Source of the DNA: Myxococcota bacterium
Lineage (GTDB): Bacteria; Myxococcota; XYA12-FULL-58-9; JABJBS01
Reading direction: 5' to 3'
NCBI GenBank assembly: GCA_036339465.1
Contig: JAYZAY010000014.1
Span: 1-37,862, forward strand
DNA length: 37,862 nucleotides
Below are positions 8,316 through 18,280 of this stretch, piece by piece; within the stretch, counting starts at the first letter, position 1, and every line of letters starts with the position of its first letter. The notes under the pieces were generated by a model. That model was not told where the DNA came from, did not search any database, and saw nothing but the letters and a program-made list of their open reading frames with translations. Position numbers and translations under genes: made by a program.

Positions 8316-9872
8316 ATGCCAAAAAGAATTCCAAAAAACTTTCACAGCACAAGCATCCAAGACGAAAACCAGCGAAGGACTGTCGAATACGGATCAAAAA
8401 CACAAGCTCAGTTTTGGATTCAGAACAATCCTCAAGCCACTCGCTCAGAGTTTATGGGCTATGCCCGGCGACAGCTGAACCTTAACAGCATGACCGCCGT
8501 CTTTTTATGGTTTCTTCTAATTGGTGGGCAAATGGCTCAAGTTCAAGCCCACACAGACCCAAACATGGAGCAAATGACCCTCGACCCGTTTCCCACTTCT
8601 GCCTATACCAATGACGTCTTTCAACCATTTGGCACAGACCCTATGTCCTATACTGCGACATACATCGAGCCTTCATTTGGCACGGGATTGGATCTTCCAC
8701 ACGCAGCATCAGGCGCCCCAAGCGTCTCAATAAATCCGTTGATTGAACAAGCCACCCTAGGAAGTGAATTCACGTTCTTCAAAGAGGGTCTTCAAAACCG
8801 ACACTACGACTTGCCGGGTAATATCATTCGAAACCCTGCCACCGAAGAAGCACAAATACAATTGGCGCAAACAATCATGGCCGAATGTGAACCATGCACA
8901 ATTGAAACCGAAATCAACAAATACGGTGTCCCTTCCTATAACATCACTCACCCCGATGGATTTTGGATTAACATCGACACTGACCCATCGTGTGTTGAAA
9001 CACAAATGAAGCCCATGAACCTAAGTGAATATGAGCAGCATGCCGACGAAATTCAAAGGCTACTCTTTGATGGTGCAGCGAGTTTAGGTTTGAAACCCGA
9101 CTCCGAACGAGGTTATCGAAACCGAATCCCATTTCGGATGGGAGGAGGCCATATTCACTTCGGACTTCATTCAACCTTTGAAGACTCAACCCACCTCTTA
9201 AACTTCGAAATCGATCAGCAAAACAATCCGTTTTTGGGAACCGGTGCCTTAGGAAACTATCCCAGAAACGCCGCACCACTCGCCGCTCAAACCCATAGAC
9301 AGCGCAACACATTTGCAAAGATTGTCGACAATTTTGATGCACCTCAGCAAGAGATGTGTATGGAGAAACTCGCCGAAATACTAAATCGCCAAGTTTTCTT
9401 CCGTTCCTTAGACCCACAATCATCACCTGGCGAAAAATACCAACAGGCAAGCCTCGCCCATGCCACCCGTGAAACTCCAGAACACGCTCGAACCGTGGAA
9501 TTCCGGGCCCCCGGCCCCGAACGAAGCATTGCCCATTTTAACCAATTGGCTCGATTGATGCTTAAACGCATCGACATGCTTAAGAACGCCGAGGGTGTTC
9601 TAAACTATGAAAATCCAGTCTTTGAAAAATGCGATTGGGATGAAAGCTCAGGCTGTCTCTTCACATTTACCTCAGACCGCGAACAAGCTGTGGTGGATGG
9701 GTTCTATCGATTCATCACCGAAATGGGTGAATCCTGGAAAGACCATCGAAATCTATTGGAGCCCGTCTTGATCCGCAAAATCGAGCAAGGTCGATTGAAG
9801 GCCCCAACACGGTCCGACAATCCTGAGATGGTAAAACCCTCTGCATTTGCTCAGGCAGTTGCCAAGAAATAG
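8316..9872 (+). CDS. Putative carboxylate-amine ligase (GCS/amidoligase-fold) protein with an N-terminal hydrophobic segment
   Basis: GAGGA RBS before ATG 8316. Motifs LGSEFTF, DTDPSCVETQMKP, MGGGHIHFG, EKYQ, TVEFRA follow the ExE...E...HxH...ExR order of glutamine synthetase/GCS-fold ligases. Confidence 0.6.
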   Translation: MPKRIPKNFHSTSIQDENQRRTVEYGSKTQAQFWIQNNPQATRSEFMGYARRQLNLNSMTAVFLWFLLIGGQMAQVQAHTDPNMEQMTLDPFPTSAYTNDVFQPFGTDPMSYTATYIEPSFGTGLDLPHAASGAPSVSINPLIEQATLGSEFTFFKEGLQNRHYDLPGNIIRNPATEEAQIQLAQTIMAECEPCTIETEINKYGVPSYNITHPDGFWINIDTDPSCVETQMKPMNLSEYEQHADEIQRLLFDGAASLGLKPDSERGYRNRIPFRMGGGHIHFGLHSTFEDSTHLLNFEIDQQNNPFLGTGALGNYPRNAAPLAAQTHRQRNTFAKIVDNFDAPQQEMCMEKLAEILNRQVFFRSLDPQSSPGEKYQQASLAHATRETPEHARTVEFRAPGPERSIAHFNQLARLMLKRIDMLKNAEGVLNYENPVFEKCDWDESSGCLFTFTSDREQAVVDGFYRFITEMGESWKDHRNLLEPVLIRKIEQGRLKAPTRSDNPEMVKPSAFAQAVAKK

Positions 9873-11322
9873 CCGCTCGAGTTTCCTTCTATTATTCCCA
9901 CAAATTCCTAGCCGCCAAGGCTCTCCCCCCCAATGCATTTGGGAGACGTGGATGGGTGGCTATGGCCCAACACCGACCAATGCCGAAACCTAAAAACGTG
10001 AACACACAAGGATATACCTTCACCAATGACCCCACAATCGCGAATAAAGCCACCGTCACCCCACAGGGATATTTGGAGCCATTCTCATGGCCGTTACGGT
10101 TATTGGCTACTCCACAAAGGTCGAAGAGCCTCTGGTGTTGAATTCGAGAATAAGGTCGAAGAGTGGAACCCCCTAGCGGAAACCATCATTTTCAACTGGC
10201 ACCGCTACCCAACTTAAAGTTATGCGCGACCACCGCAAAGATCCAGGCAACCAATAGCTTAAAGTTATGTCATCTAAAAGACCGTGTTCGCAACACGGTT
10301 ATGGCAACCGTGCTTTGGCTTCAAGCCAGAGCCTTAACCTATAAATCTCGTAAGTTTTCAAACTGCGGCCGCTGTTCATCTATCCCACTAAGGCAGTTGC
10401 ATCCACAGAATCTGTGAGTCGTTTTCATCCTCCGAAACGAGATTCGTGGTAAAATGATTTAACCGGCACAGGTGAGGAGAGTGCGGGCATGTTGTTTCAC
10501 TCTCTTTCAAAAAGACTCTCGGGCCTGGACGTCGCTTGGAAATGCAGAAAGAGACACACCGTTTACGGACACAAAGACAAGGATGAAACGTCAAAAGGGA
10601 AGCCATATGCTAACTGCAATCGTATTCCCGAAGAGACAAGAACCTTCCTCGGAACGGCCCTATCAACCCTATTTCTAGGCAACACCTACAATAGCAACGG
10701 AGCTATCCATTTGCCATTTTTACCACACCACCAAGCTCCCCGGATACTGCTTGGCCAAGGGGCCATTGGATTTGCGTACAACAGCCAATAACGATTGCAG
10801 TTATTAGCTGGCCCATAACCTTCTGCATTCCCCAGGCCAAAGTTACCTATGGACCGATTAATGGGCTTTCTCCTGGGAACTGTATATTTGAAATTTCAAC
10901 GATTTACTCTGTTTTGTTACACCTCCGAGCTCCCTTCATCGCTTTTTAGAATACAGCTCGGAACACCAAAGACCTTGGTCATCACCGATGTTCTTGTCCA
11001 TAAACGCATAGAGACCGAGCCTTGATTGATTGGCTTGTGTCGGCTTTGCTTCGAGATTCCACAAATCGAGGGGGGTGATAGGAAAAGTCGGGAAAAATGA
11101 GTGCATCACCGGCATGGCCTGGGTCATAAATGGGCATTTCGGTTGATATTGATATGGCCCTAGATGGAGAGGTTCGCTTCGGTAGTTGCTACTGGCTGAA
11201 ATGACAATAGATTGGTGAAAAACCTCACGGAATCAAATTTTTCTTCAAGAACACGCTCCGTAAGCACTTGCTATTACATTTATTTACTCCCCACCCAATA
11301 CCCCATAAGCAACTCTTGGGAT

Positions 11323-11364
11323 TAAAGAGCGATACTCCTTAAAGAGCGATAGTCCCTAAAGAGC
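11323..11364 (+). repeat. Tandem 17-bp-period repeat immediately upstream of the ART gene
   Basis: TAAAGAGCGATACTCCT / TAAAGAGCGATAGTCCC / TAAAGAGC. Confidence 0.85.
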
Positions 11365-11368
11365 AGCG

Positions 11369-12301
11369 TTGGTCGAAACTTACATGGTTGTTAGTCGAAT
11401 TTATAATTACTTTTTTAGCCCAAGCGTCGAGAAGACTTTGGCGCCCGGGTTTCTTTGGAATGATTCTGGCCCCACCGTAAAGTTCTGCCTTGATACTGAT
11501 ACTTTTGACCAAAATCTAAAAACCGCGGCGCGTTATGCCTGGGCAGCCTGGCAAGTAGGCGATGGCAGATACAATAAGCGCAAGAGTCCCATAGCACCTA
11601 TTCTCAACGATTTAAAGACCCACCCCCATCTCACTCTGGAGCACGCAAAGGATATTAGGGTTCGCCTAGATGTTCTTTCTAACGAAACGAAGAAGAAATA
11701 CTATGCACCCCTAAGAAACTTGGGCAAGAAGTTAGACACAGCGATTCGGCGTCTAGAGGGGATTGAAGCTAAAGAGAGCCGAGTGAATCGAGAAGCATTT
11801 CGAGACTTCATGGCACACTTATCCCTCAAACAACAGCCACTGACGAGTCAAGAGGAGATCTCGATTGCAGGATACAAAAAGCCAAATGGTTATAGATCGG
11901 TAAATGCTGCATTGCGTGGCCAGAGTGAATTGAGTCTCGAAAACCTCAACTATGCCATGACAATCTGTAGCGGTATAGCAAAACTCCCTCCCTATAAAAA
12001 CACCGTCTACAGAGGTGCTGGTTGTCTACCGGGAGGCGTAAAGAAAGCGAAAGTGAGTCAGGTCTATACCGCGGATGCCTTTGTCTCCACGGCCGCAACT
12101 TTGGAGGCCGCATTTAGTTCAAAATTTCTAATCTCGATTACACCAAAGCATTCTTTCTTCGATATTTCTGCCTTTGCAGATGACCATGACAACCAATCCT
12201 CCAATCTATCCTACTTTGAGAAAGAAGTATTGGGTCTTCCTGGTACGGAGCTCAGGTACTTCGGTGAAAAAGAGGGGGCCTATCACTATGAAGAGGTTTA
12301 G
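11369..12301 (+). CDS. Mono-ADP-ribosyltransferase, R-S-E clade (alternative start ATG 11384)
   Basis: YRSVNAALRG, KLPPYKNTVYRG (catalytic Arg), FVSTA (STS-like), FEKEVL (ExE). Confidence 0.88.
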   Translation: MVETYMVVSRIYNYFFSPSVEKTLAPGFLWNDSGPTVKFCLDTDTFDQNLKTAARYAWAAWQVGDGRYNKRKSPIAPILNDLKTHPHLTLEHAKDIRVRLDVLSNETKKKYYAPLRNLGKKLDTAIRRLEGIEAKESRVNREAFRDFMAHLSLKQQPLTSQEEISIAGYKKPNGYRSVNAALRGQSELSLENLNYAMTICSGIAKLPPYKNTVYRGAGCLPGGVKKAKVSQVYTADAFVSTAATLEAAFSSKFLISITPKHSFFDISAFADDHDNQSSNLSYFEKEVLGLPGTELRYFGEKEGAYHYEEV

Positions 12302-12533
12302 AAGGTAAGCTATTGAAAGTTTCCATTCGGGCTACATCCCTTTTCCAACCCGATAAATCAGGGTTGCTGTAAATCGATAGGTCCACCCACATTCTCGGAC
12401 AAATCTATGTAACCCAAAAACAGGTGGCGTCGTCTCTTCACTGCTTTCGCCATCACCCGCCCTTGCGAATGCTCCGATTGGCACAAGTGTAACCCAAGCA
12501 TTCTCCTGTGTCCTTAGACGGGGATCCCCTCCT

Positions 12534-13141
12534 GTGTCTGAAGAAAAGTCTTCGGAACAAAAAGGTCTACAAACCTACGCTTACGCTAAACTCTTTCACC
12601 CGCAAGCCCCCCCAGCACCCCAACTTCAAAAAATCAGTTCGAAACTCGTTTCGTGCACCCCACACCCGAGAAGATTGGGTCGCAACTCGCCCGAGCCACC
12701 AAAACCATCGCCGAAATCTTCTATGCCGCGTCTAAGCCGGCTCAAACCATGATCCGCTTTGTGGAATCGTATTCCTGGTTGGCCTTAGGATACTTTGGAA
12801 GAGTGGAGATGTGCCCATATTCCGATATTGAGTTTGGCGTGGTTTATGAGGTGCTACCGAATTCAAGTGCGAACTTTCACAAGCTCTACCAACCCCTGCT
12901 CTACGGGCGCGGTCAATTGCATACCACCACCATATTACACACCTTAATGGAAGCCAACTCACCCAATATAAAGCCTAGAATGTTGGCAAATGGACGCAAA
13001 AAACGGATTCAACGCCAACTTGAGATGGATGCTCTTCCATGCCCGAAGACAGATGTAGAAATCGGGTTCACCTTTCAGCGACTGAGACCCTGTCTGGTCG
13101 GTCTGTTGGGCAAAGAACTCACCTTGAATTGCGCATTCTAG
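12534..13141 (+). pseudogene. Degraded DUF294/GlnD-like nucleotidyltransferase gene
   Basis: WLALGYFGRVEMCPYSDIEFGVVY matches the GS.GR.E..PYSD.E NTase signature with S>Y. It is spread over overlapping frames (12534 and 12653 ORFs) and is short for the family. Confidence 0.55.
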
Positions 13142-13166
13142 AGAATCCTTATGTGCACGTTGGGAA

Positions 13167-13242
13167 GTGAGAGGGACCGACCCGTATTGGTGTTTGGATG
13201 AGTTGTGAGAGGGGCCGACCCGTATTGGTGTTTGGATGAGTT
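13167..13242 (+). repeat. 38-bp tandem duplication (1 mismatch)
   Basis: GTGAGAGGG(A/G)CCGACCCGTATTGGTGTTTGGATGAGTT at 13167-13204 and 13205-13242. Confidence 0.95.
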
Positions 13243-13367
13243 TCTACTTTAACTTCCATTCCCATTAAAACCCATTGGGTTTGATGATAAATCTGTTTCT
13301 TTTGTTCGTGTTCTAGTATTCTTTCCAGGGACTGGTATTCCACCGGAAAACTTCGAAAGGGGCAAAC

Positions 13368-14470
13368 ATGCGAATACAAGGGCTCTGGTCTGTGCTGGTG
13401 ATTTCTTGGGGAGTTGGTTGTGGCGGGGGACAAGACGCTACGCCGGAAAGTACTTCCACCTCCAACTCCAACGCCAATTCCAACGCCAACGCCAACGCCA
13501 ACGCCAACGCCAACGCCAACGCCAACGAAAGGTGTACGATGATTCAAAATTCTATTGAGGAAGCTGGTTTTGGAGGCAAGGTCAGTGTTCGTTGTGCTGA
13601 GGAATTTGCGTACTTGGGAAGTGACCTCTATCCCGATCACGATTTAATGAATGGTATTGTCGGCACCAATGAACAGATCCCCGTGCCGGCATCTGGGTTT
13701 GAAGGGCCGGTCCTACTCCCGTGGTCGCCTCGGCGGTAACGACCATGGACTCCGCTTTGGGCTTAGCGGTAAATGGTGTGCCTATATACGACTATACGGC
13801 AGGTGGCGAAATTCAAATGGACGCAAGCGGAAACTCAACGTACGACGCACGGCTGGATACGGTGGTATTAGGGCAACTCGATAGTTGCGGAGGCCATTCC
13901 GGAAAATGGGACGATGACCATTACCATAAACGCCCCGATTGCATGGTCGATGCCATGGACAATAGAGATTCAAATCCCATTATAGTATGGGCCTATGATG
14001 GCTATCCCATCTATGATTATCAGGATAACCAAAGCGACCTTGGGCCATGCAACGAAATCGAGGATGAAACCTTTGGTTATCGTTATCATGCTACGGTATC
14101 CCATCCCTATATTGTAAAATGCTTACTGGGCGAAGTGAATGTGCAAGGTTTGCCCCGCGTGAGCCCCTTTCGGGAAGGGGGAACACCCATCAGCGTCACC
14201 AACCTAGGCTACAACACCATCGCAAATGCCGACGGTACGGAAACCCGTGCACTGAGTTATACCTACAAATCCATTGAGTATTACATTAAGTATTCCACCC
14301 GGACTGATTCCGACCGGTGTTTCGATGTGGACGCAAAGATGTGCAAAGCTAACCAGGATAACTGCAATACCGAAGAACAGAACGGCTGTTATTGCCGAGA
14401 GATGGCCGAGGGAGAACAAGCGCCCGGTGGTTGTCAAAGCGCGGGAGGCGGAGGGACACCTCCTCCTTGA
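13368..14470 (+). pseudogene. YHYH-family lipoprotein, frameshifted near 13715-13721
   Basis: Signal peptide ending GVGC. YPDHDLMNGI.GTNEQIPVP in the first ORF continues as LGLAVNGVPIY...LDSCGGHSG..DDDHYH...WAYDGYPIY...YRYH..YPYI-like sequence in the second frame. Confidence 0.85.
13481..13527 (+). repeat. Hexanucleotide microsatellite (CAACGC) x about 8, encoding an Asn-Ala linker
   Basis: Read directly from the sequence; degenerate units extend back to about 13455. Confidence 0.97.
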
Positions 14471-14554
14471 TTCCATAAGAAAAGATTCAAAACGGGAATC
14501 CCCAAGAAGGTTTTTGAACCACCGCTTTCCAGGCCGATACGTGAAGATGTAATT

Positions 14555-15415
14555 CTAGATTGCATCCCCAAATGCAAATGCCGGTATTTCTTGGACGCGA
14601 CTCAATACCGCGCCCCGGGGATGGCCATCGAGAAAATTCTTTTCATATTCAGGGGTAAAGTCGTTGGCTAAGATACCTACACGCGCACCGAGGGCGAAAG
14701 GGAGGGATAAATCGAGTTCGAAGATATCACCCACCACCACCAAGTCTTCAAAGCTGGCTTTTTCATCGGCGAGAATTTTGGCAAGCACCCGATAGTAGTT
14801 GGCGCGTCGAAGTAAAATAGGACGCGGCAAATCCTTGAGTTCCATGCTTTCGTCCACTTCGGTAAATGCATTGTCGATGACGTATTTCTTGGCGCTGCCA
14901 TGCACCCTCTCCACCAACCACTCCAAACTACAGCTCTGGTCATCGTTGGTTCCCAGGCTCTTGAGCTTGCTGCGCACGGGATCGGTGTGGGAATTGGTCA
15001 CCACATAGGTGGCGCTGCCCTCAAAAGACTCCAGCACCGCGCGGGCGCCCTCACGAAAACAATTCAAGGTCTTGGGATAATTGTATTTGTATAAAATACC
15101 ATCGAGAATCCGGGTGCGGTCGTCGGTGTTTAAGAAAGTTTGGCTATAATCGAAGATTTTGCGGGCCACGGGCATCATGCGCAAATAGGGGTCCACCACC
15201 GCGGGGGCCACGATTTGACCATTGAACTCCCAACCATATTCGTGTGGATTTTGGGCTACTTCCGTGTCAAATTGCGTCGCCAGGGTCTTCACTTCGTCGA
15301 GGGGAAGACCGGAAAGGGCGCTAACGTCTTCCAAATATCCAGTACGATAGGGGCCGCCTTCTTTTTCGGCGTCGGTCATGGTTCCATCAAAATCGAGAAC
15401 AAGGACTTTGCGCAT
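14555..15415 (-). CDS. HAD-superfamily hydrolase
   Basis: Start reassigned to ATG 15415 (AAGGTGA RBS). Motif I LDFDGT, motif II VVTNS, motif IV VGDIFELD. Confidence 0.9.
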   Translation of the reverse strand: MRKVLVLDFDGTMTDAEKEGGPYRTGYLEDVSALSGLPLDEVKTLATQFDTEVAQNPHEYGWEFNGQIVAPAVVDPYLRMMPVARKIFDYSQTFLNTDDRTRILDGILYKYNYPKTLNCFREGARAVLESFEGSATYVVTNSHTDPVRSKLKSLGTNDDQSCSLEWLVERVHGSAKKYVIDNAFTEVDESMELKDLPRPILLRRANYYRVLAKILADEKASFEDLVVVGDIFELDLSLPFALGARVGILANDFTPEYEKNFLDGHPRGAVLSRVQEIPAFAFGDAI

Positions 15416-15916
15416 AGGATGTTCACCTTTTTTGGGCCTGTGTATGGCACGGACTCGCTTGAGATCGCAAGTCGGCATCAAAGATTGGTCTTTAATTGTG
15501 ATTGAGCACTTATAGGCAAAAGATCTTGAATTCGAAACATCCCATAAATCATTTTTTTTGAACCACAGGCCCCAGGCTACCACGGGAGTATCATTCTCGG
15601 TGGTGAGTCATTTGCCCATCGACCTGAAGTGTAACAAGCCCCCTTACACCCACTAGGATCGAAGATCACCAAAGTCACGAAGCGTTCAAAGAAATTCCTC
15701 GGTCAGATGCCTGAGAGTTCGCTCCCAATATTTCGAAACCCACCCTATGGAGAATATCCATGGACTTGACTGCTTTTGAGATGAGTTGGCCCTTCAGCAC
15801 GGTGGATGTAGATGCACCAACCCGTTGACCTTCAAAAAAACAGAGGTTTTATGGTTGGCCGGGCAGCCTGATGGTGGGTACCCATGGCAATGAAGGCTTC
15901 TTCCCGATAAGAGGAG

Positions 15917-18280
15917 GTGGATTCATTGTCGGTGAGGTCTAGGATGTTTGGTGGTTTGGCTGATTCTATCGCCCGTGCCCATGCCCTCTGGGGCTTTGCC
16001 GTAGTGGCGGTGGTCTTGGGTTTAGGGGTGGGTGGGGTTACCCTGAGACCGGACTTTGCGCTGGAAAATTTCTTCGGCAACAATGACCCCTCCTGGGATG
16101 TTCTCAACCGGTACAAAGCCTTCTGGGGCCCCGATGACGACATCATTATTGTGGTAGCCACCGTTAAAGATGGGGACATCCTCAGTAGGGAGCGCCTTGA
16201 GGTCTTAGTCACCCTACGCGACAAGCTCGAAACGATTGAGATAGTGGAGCAAGTCACCACCCTTTCTACCATAACCCGGATGCAGTCCGGTGGAGACGAT
16301 ACCCTACGCCTCCAGTCAGTCGTTGACACCTACCCTCAGCCGGGAAGTTCCGAAAACACTGTCGCTAGATGGCGCAAAGAAATTTTAAACGATGCGCTCT
16401 TGGTTCCGGCACTTTTGGCCCAAGACGCCACCACCACCGCGGTGGTGGTTAGGTTCACAAAATCCAGCGCCGACTTGCAAGAGGTGGTGCCCATGGTGGC
16501 TGCCATTCGCAAAGTAACCCAAGCGCTAGACGGCCAGGAGGGGATCCAGTTTGTAGAAGCAGGCATCCCGGCAGTACGGGCCGATTTTTTTGGGCAGGTG
16601 ATGGCCGACCAGCTAATTTTCATTCCGGTCGCCATGATACTCATGGCCCTCTCTCTCTTTTGGGTGTTTCGCAGCACCCATGGGATTTTGATCCCTGGAA
16701 TGGCCTCGGTGGTGCCCGTGGTGATGGTTTTTGGCGTGATGGGCTACCGGGGTGGCCACATCGATATGGTAAACCAAACACTCGCCACGGTATTGCCATC
16801 CATTGCAGTGGCCGATGCTATCCACCTCTTGAGCCGATTTCACGAAGAGGCCCGAAAGCTGGCTGCACCGGGCATGCGATTGACAAAGCTACAGCGCCAA
16901 ACCTCCATTCGGGCTGCGCTCTTAAAGCTGGGTCCGGCGTGTTTTCTCACATCCCTTACCACCGGAATTGGTTTTGGCTCTCTTGCCATGGCCAAAATGC
17001 CCATTTTGCGCCAGTTTGGCCTGGATGCCGCACTGGGGATAGTTTTTTCTTATGGCTCGGTCTTGGTGCTGATGCCTCTTTTGCTCTCCATGACCCGTGG
17101 GGTGGTACCCAAAGGGCCAGGGGGCACCAAACCTCACCTCCTGGATCGCACTCTTGAGGCCGCCGGTCAGCTCGCTCTGCGCCGCCCGTGGCTTATGGTG
17201 TGTGGGGCGGCTGCGGTCGCCCTAGGGTTTGGTTGGCTCGGGAGTTTTGTTGTGGTCGACAACAATTTAACCCAGCTGCTCGCCAAAAATCATCGAACCT
17301 CCATTGCCAACCAGTTGGTCGACGATGACCTTGCTGGTATCTTGAACTACGAATTCGATATTCTTGGTAAACCCGGCGATTTAAAACGCCCAGATGTACT
17401 ACGGGCTTTGGAGCAGTATGGGACGTGGGTTAAGACGCTCCCTTCGATTCGGGACGTGACCAGCCCGGCGACCTACGTGGGCCGAGCCCACGCGCTCATG
17501 AGAGGCCAGCAAAAAGTGCCCGAAAGCGGCCCTGCAGTGGCACAGCTCCTTCTCTTAATGGAGAGCCACGAAGAGTTGCACAAGATGGTCGACATGAACT
17601 ACGACCGAGGGCGCATGGTGGTTCGCGGCCAAGACCATGGGGCCAACTACTTTGCTACCATTGAGGAGCAGATGCGTGCGGCCATCCCCAAGTATTTCGG
17701 GAACACAGGGGTAGAGGTTCATCTCACAGGCACCGGGGTAGTAGCCTATCGGGGCATCAACAATGTAACCTTGGATCTGCGTGACAGCCTAATCTTTGCT
17801 TTTCTTGTGGTTACTTTGGTCATCGGATTTGTGTTTCGCGATGCCCTCTTGACGCTTTTGGCATTGGTTCCCAACGGCCTTCCACTTCTGGTGGGATACG
17901 GTGCAATGGGTTTTTTTGGTTACAACCTCGACCCAAACTCAGGCCTGGTCTTTACCGTGGGCTTAGGTATCGCCGTTGACGACACCATTCATATTTTGGT
18001 CCGATTTCGAGAGGAATTGGCTTCAGGAAAGACCCGCGATGAAGCCATTTTGGAGAGCATTCGCCAGAGTGGGCGCGCGGTAACCATCACCTCGGTGATT
18101 ATAACCTTTGGATTGGGCATCAACCTGCTCAGTAGCTTCACCCCCATGGTGGCAATGGGGATGACCGGAGCGGTGATAATGAGTGCGGCATTTACCTGTG
18201 ATGTCTTGGTTTTGCCCGCGCTCCTAAAGCTGGCAATGCCCGAAGCGCAATCACGTTCTACGCCCGATCTCTTAAGCTAA
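15917..18280 (+). CDS. MMPL/RND-family transporter
   Basis: GAGGAG RBS. Two repeats of TM, large loop and 5 TM, with IAVADAIH and GIAVDDTIH motifs; LTSLTT.IGFGSL. Confidence 0.93.
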   Translation: MDSLSVRSRMFGGLADSIARAHALWGFAVVAVVLGLGVGGVTLRPDFALENFFGNNDPSWDVLNRYKAFWGPDDDIIIVVATVKDGDILSRERLEVLVTLRDKLETIEIVEQVTTLSTITRMQSGGDDTLRLQSVVDTYPQPGSSENTVARWRKEILNDALLVPALLAQDATTTAVVVRFTKSSADLQEVVPMVAAIRKVTQALDGQEGIQFVEAGIPAVRADFFGQVMADQLIFIPVAMILMALSLFWVFRSTHGILIPGMASVVPVVMVFGVMGYRGGHIDMVNQTLATVLPSIAVADAIHLLSRFHEEARKLAAPGMRLTKLQRQTSIRAALLKLGPACFLTSLTTGIGFGSLAMAKMPILRQFGLDAALGIVFSYGSVLVLMPLLLSMTRGVVPKGPGGTKPHLLDRTLEAAGQLALRRPWLMVCGAAAVALGFGWLGSFVVVDNNLTQLLAKNHRTSIANQLVDDDLAGILNYEFDILGKPGDLKRPDVLRALEQYGTWVKTLPSIRDVTSPATYVGRAHALMRGQQKVPESGPAVAQLLLLMESHEELHKMVDMNYDRGRMVVRGQDHGANYFATIEEQMRAAIPKYFGNTGVEVHLTGTGVVAYRGINNVTLDLRDSLIFAFLVVTLVIGFVFRDALLTLLALVPNGLPLLVGYGAMGFFGYNLDPNSGLVFTVGLGIAVDDTIHILVRFREELASGKTRDEAILESIRQSGRAVTITSVIITFGLGINLLSSFTPMVAMGMTGAVIMSAAFTCDVLVLPALLKLAMPEAQSRSTPDLLS

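Noticed and set aside
13167..13242. CRISPR array
   Set aside because: Two abutting copies with no spacer and no cas genes in the window.
13149..13640. Minus-strand ORFs with VGVGVG or ALALAL runs
   Set aside because: Antisense readings of the CAACGC microsatellite.
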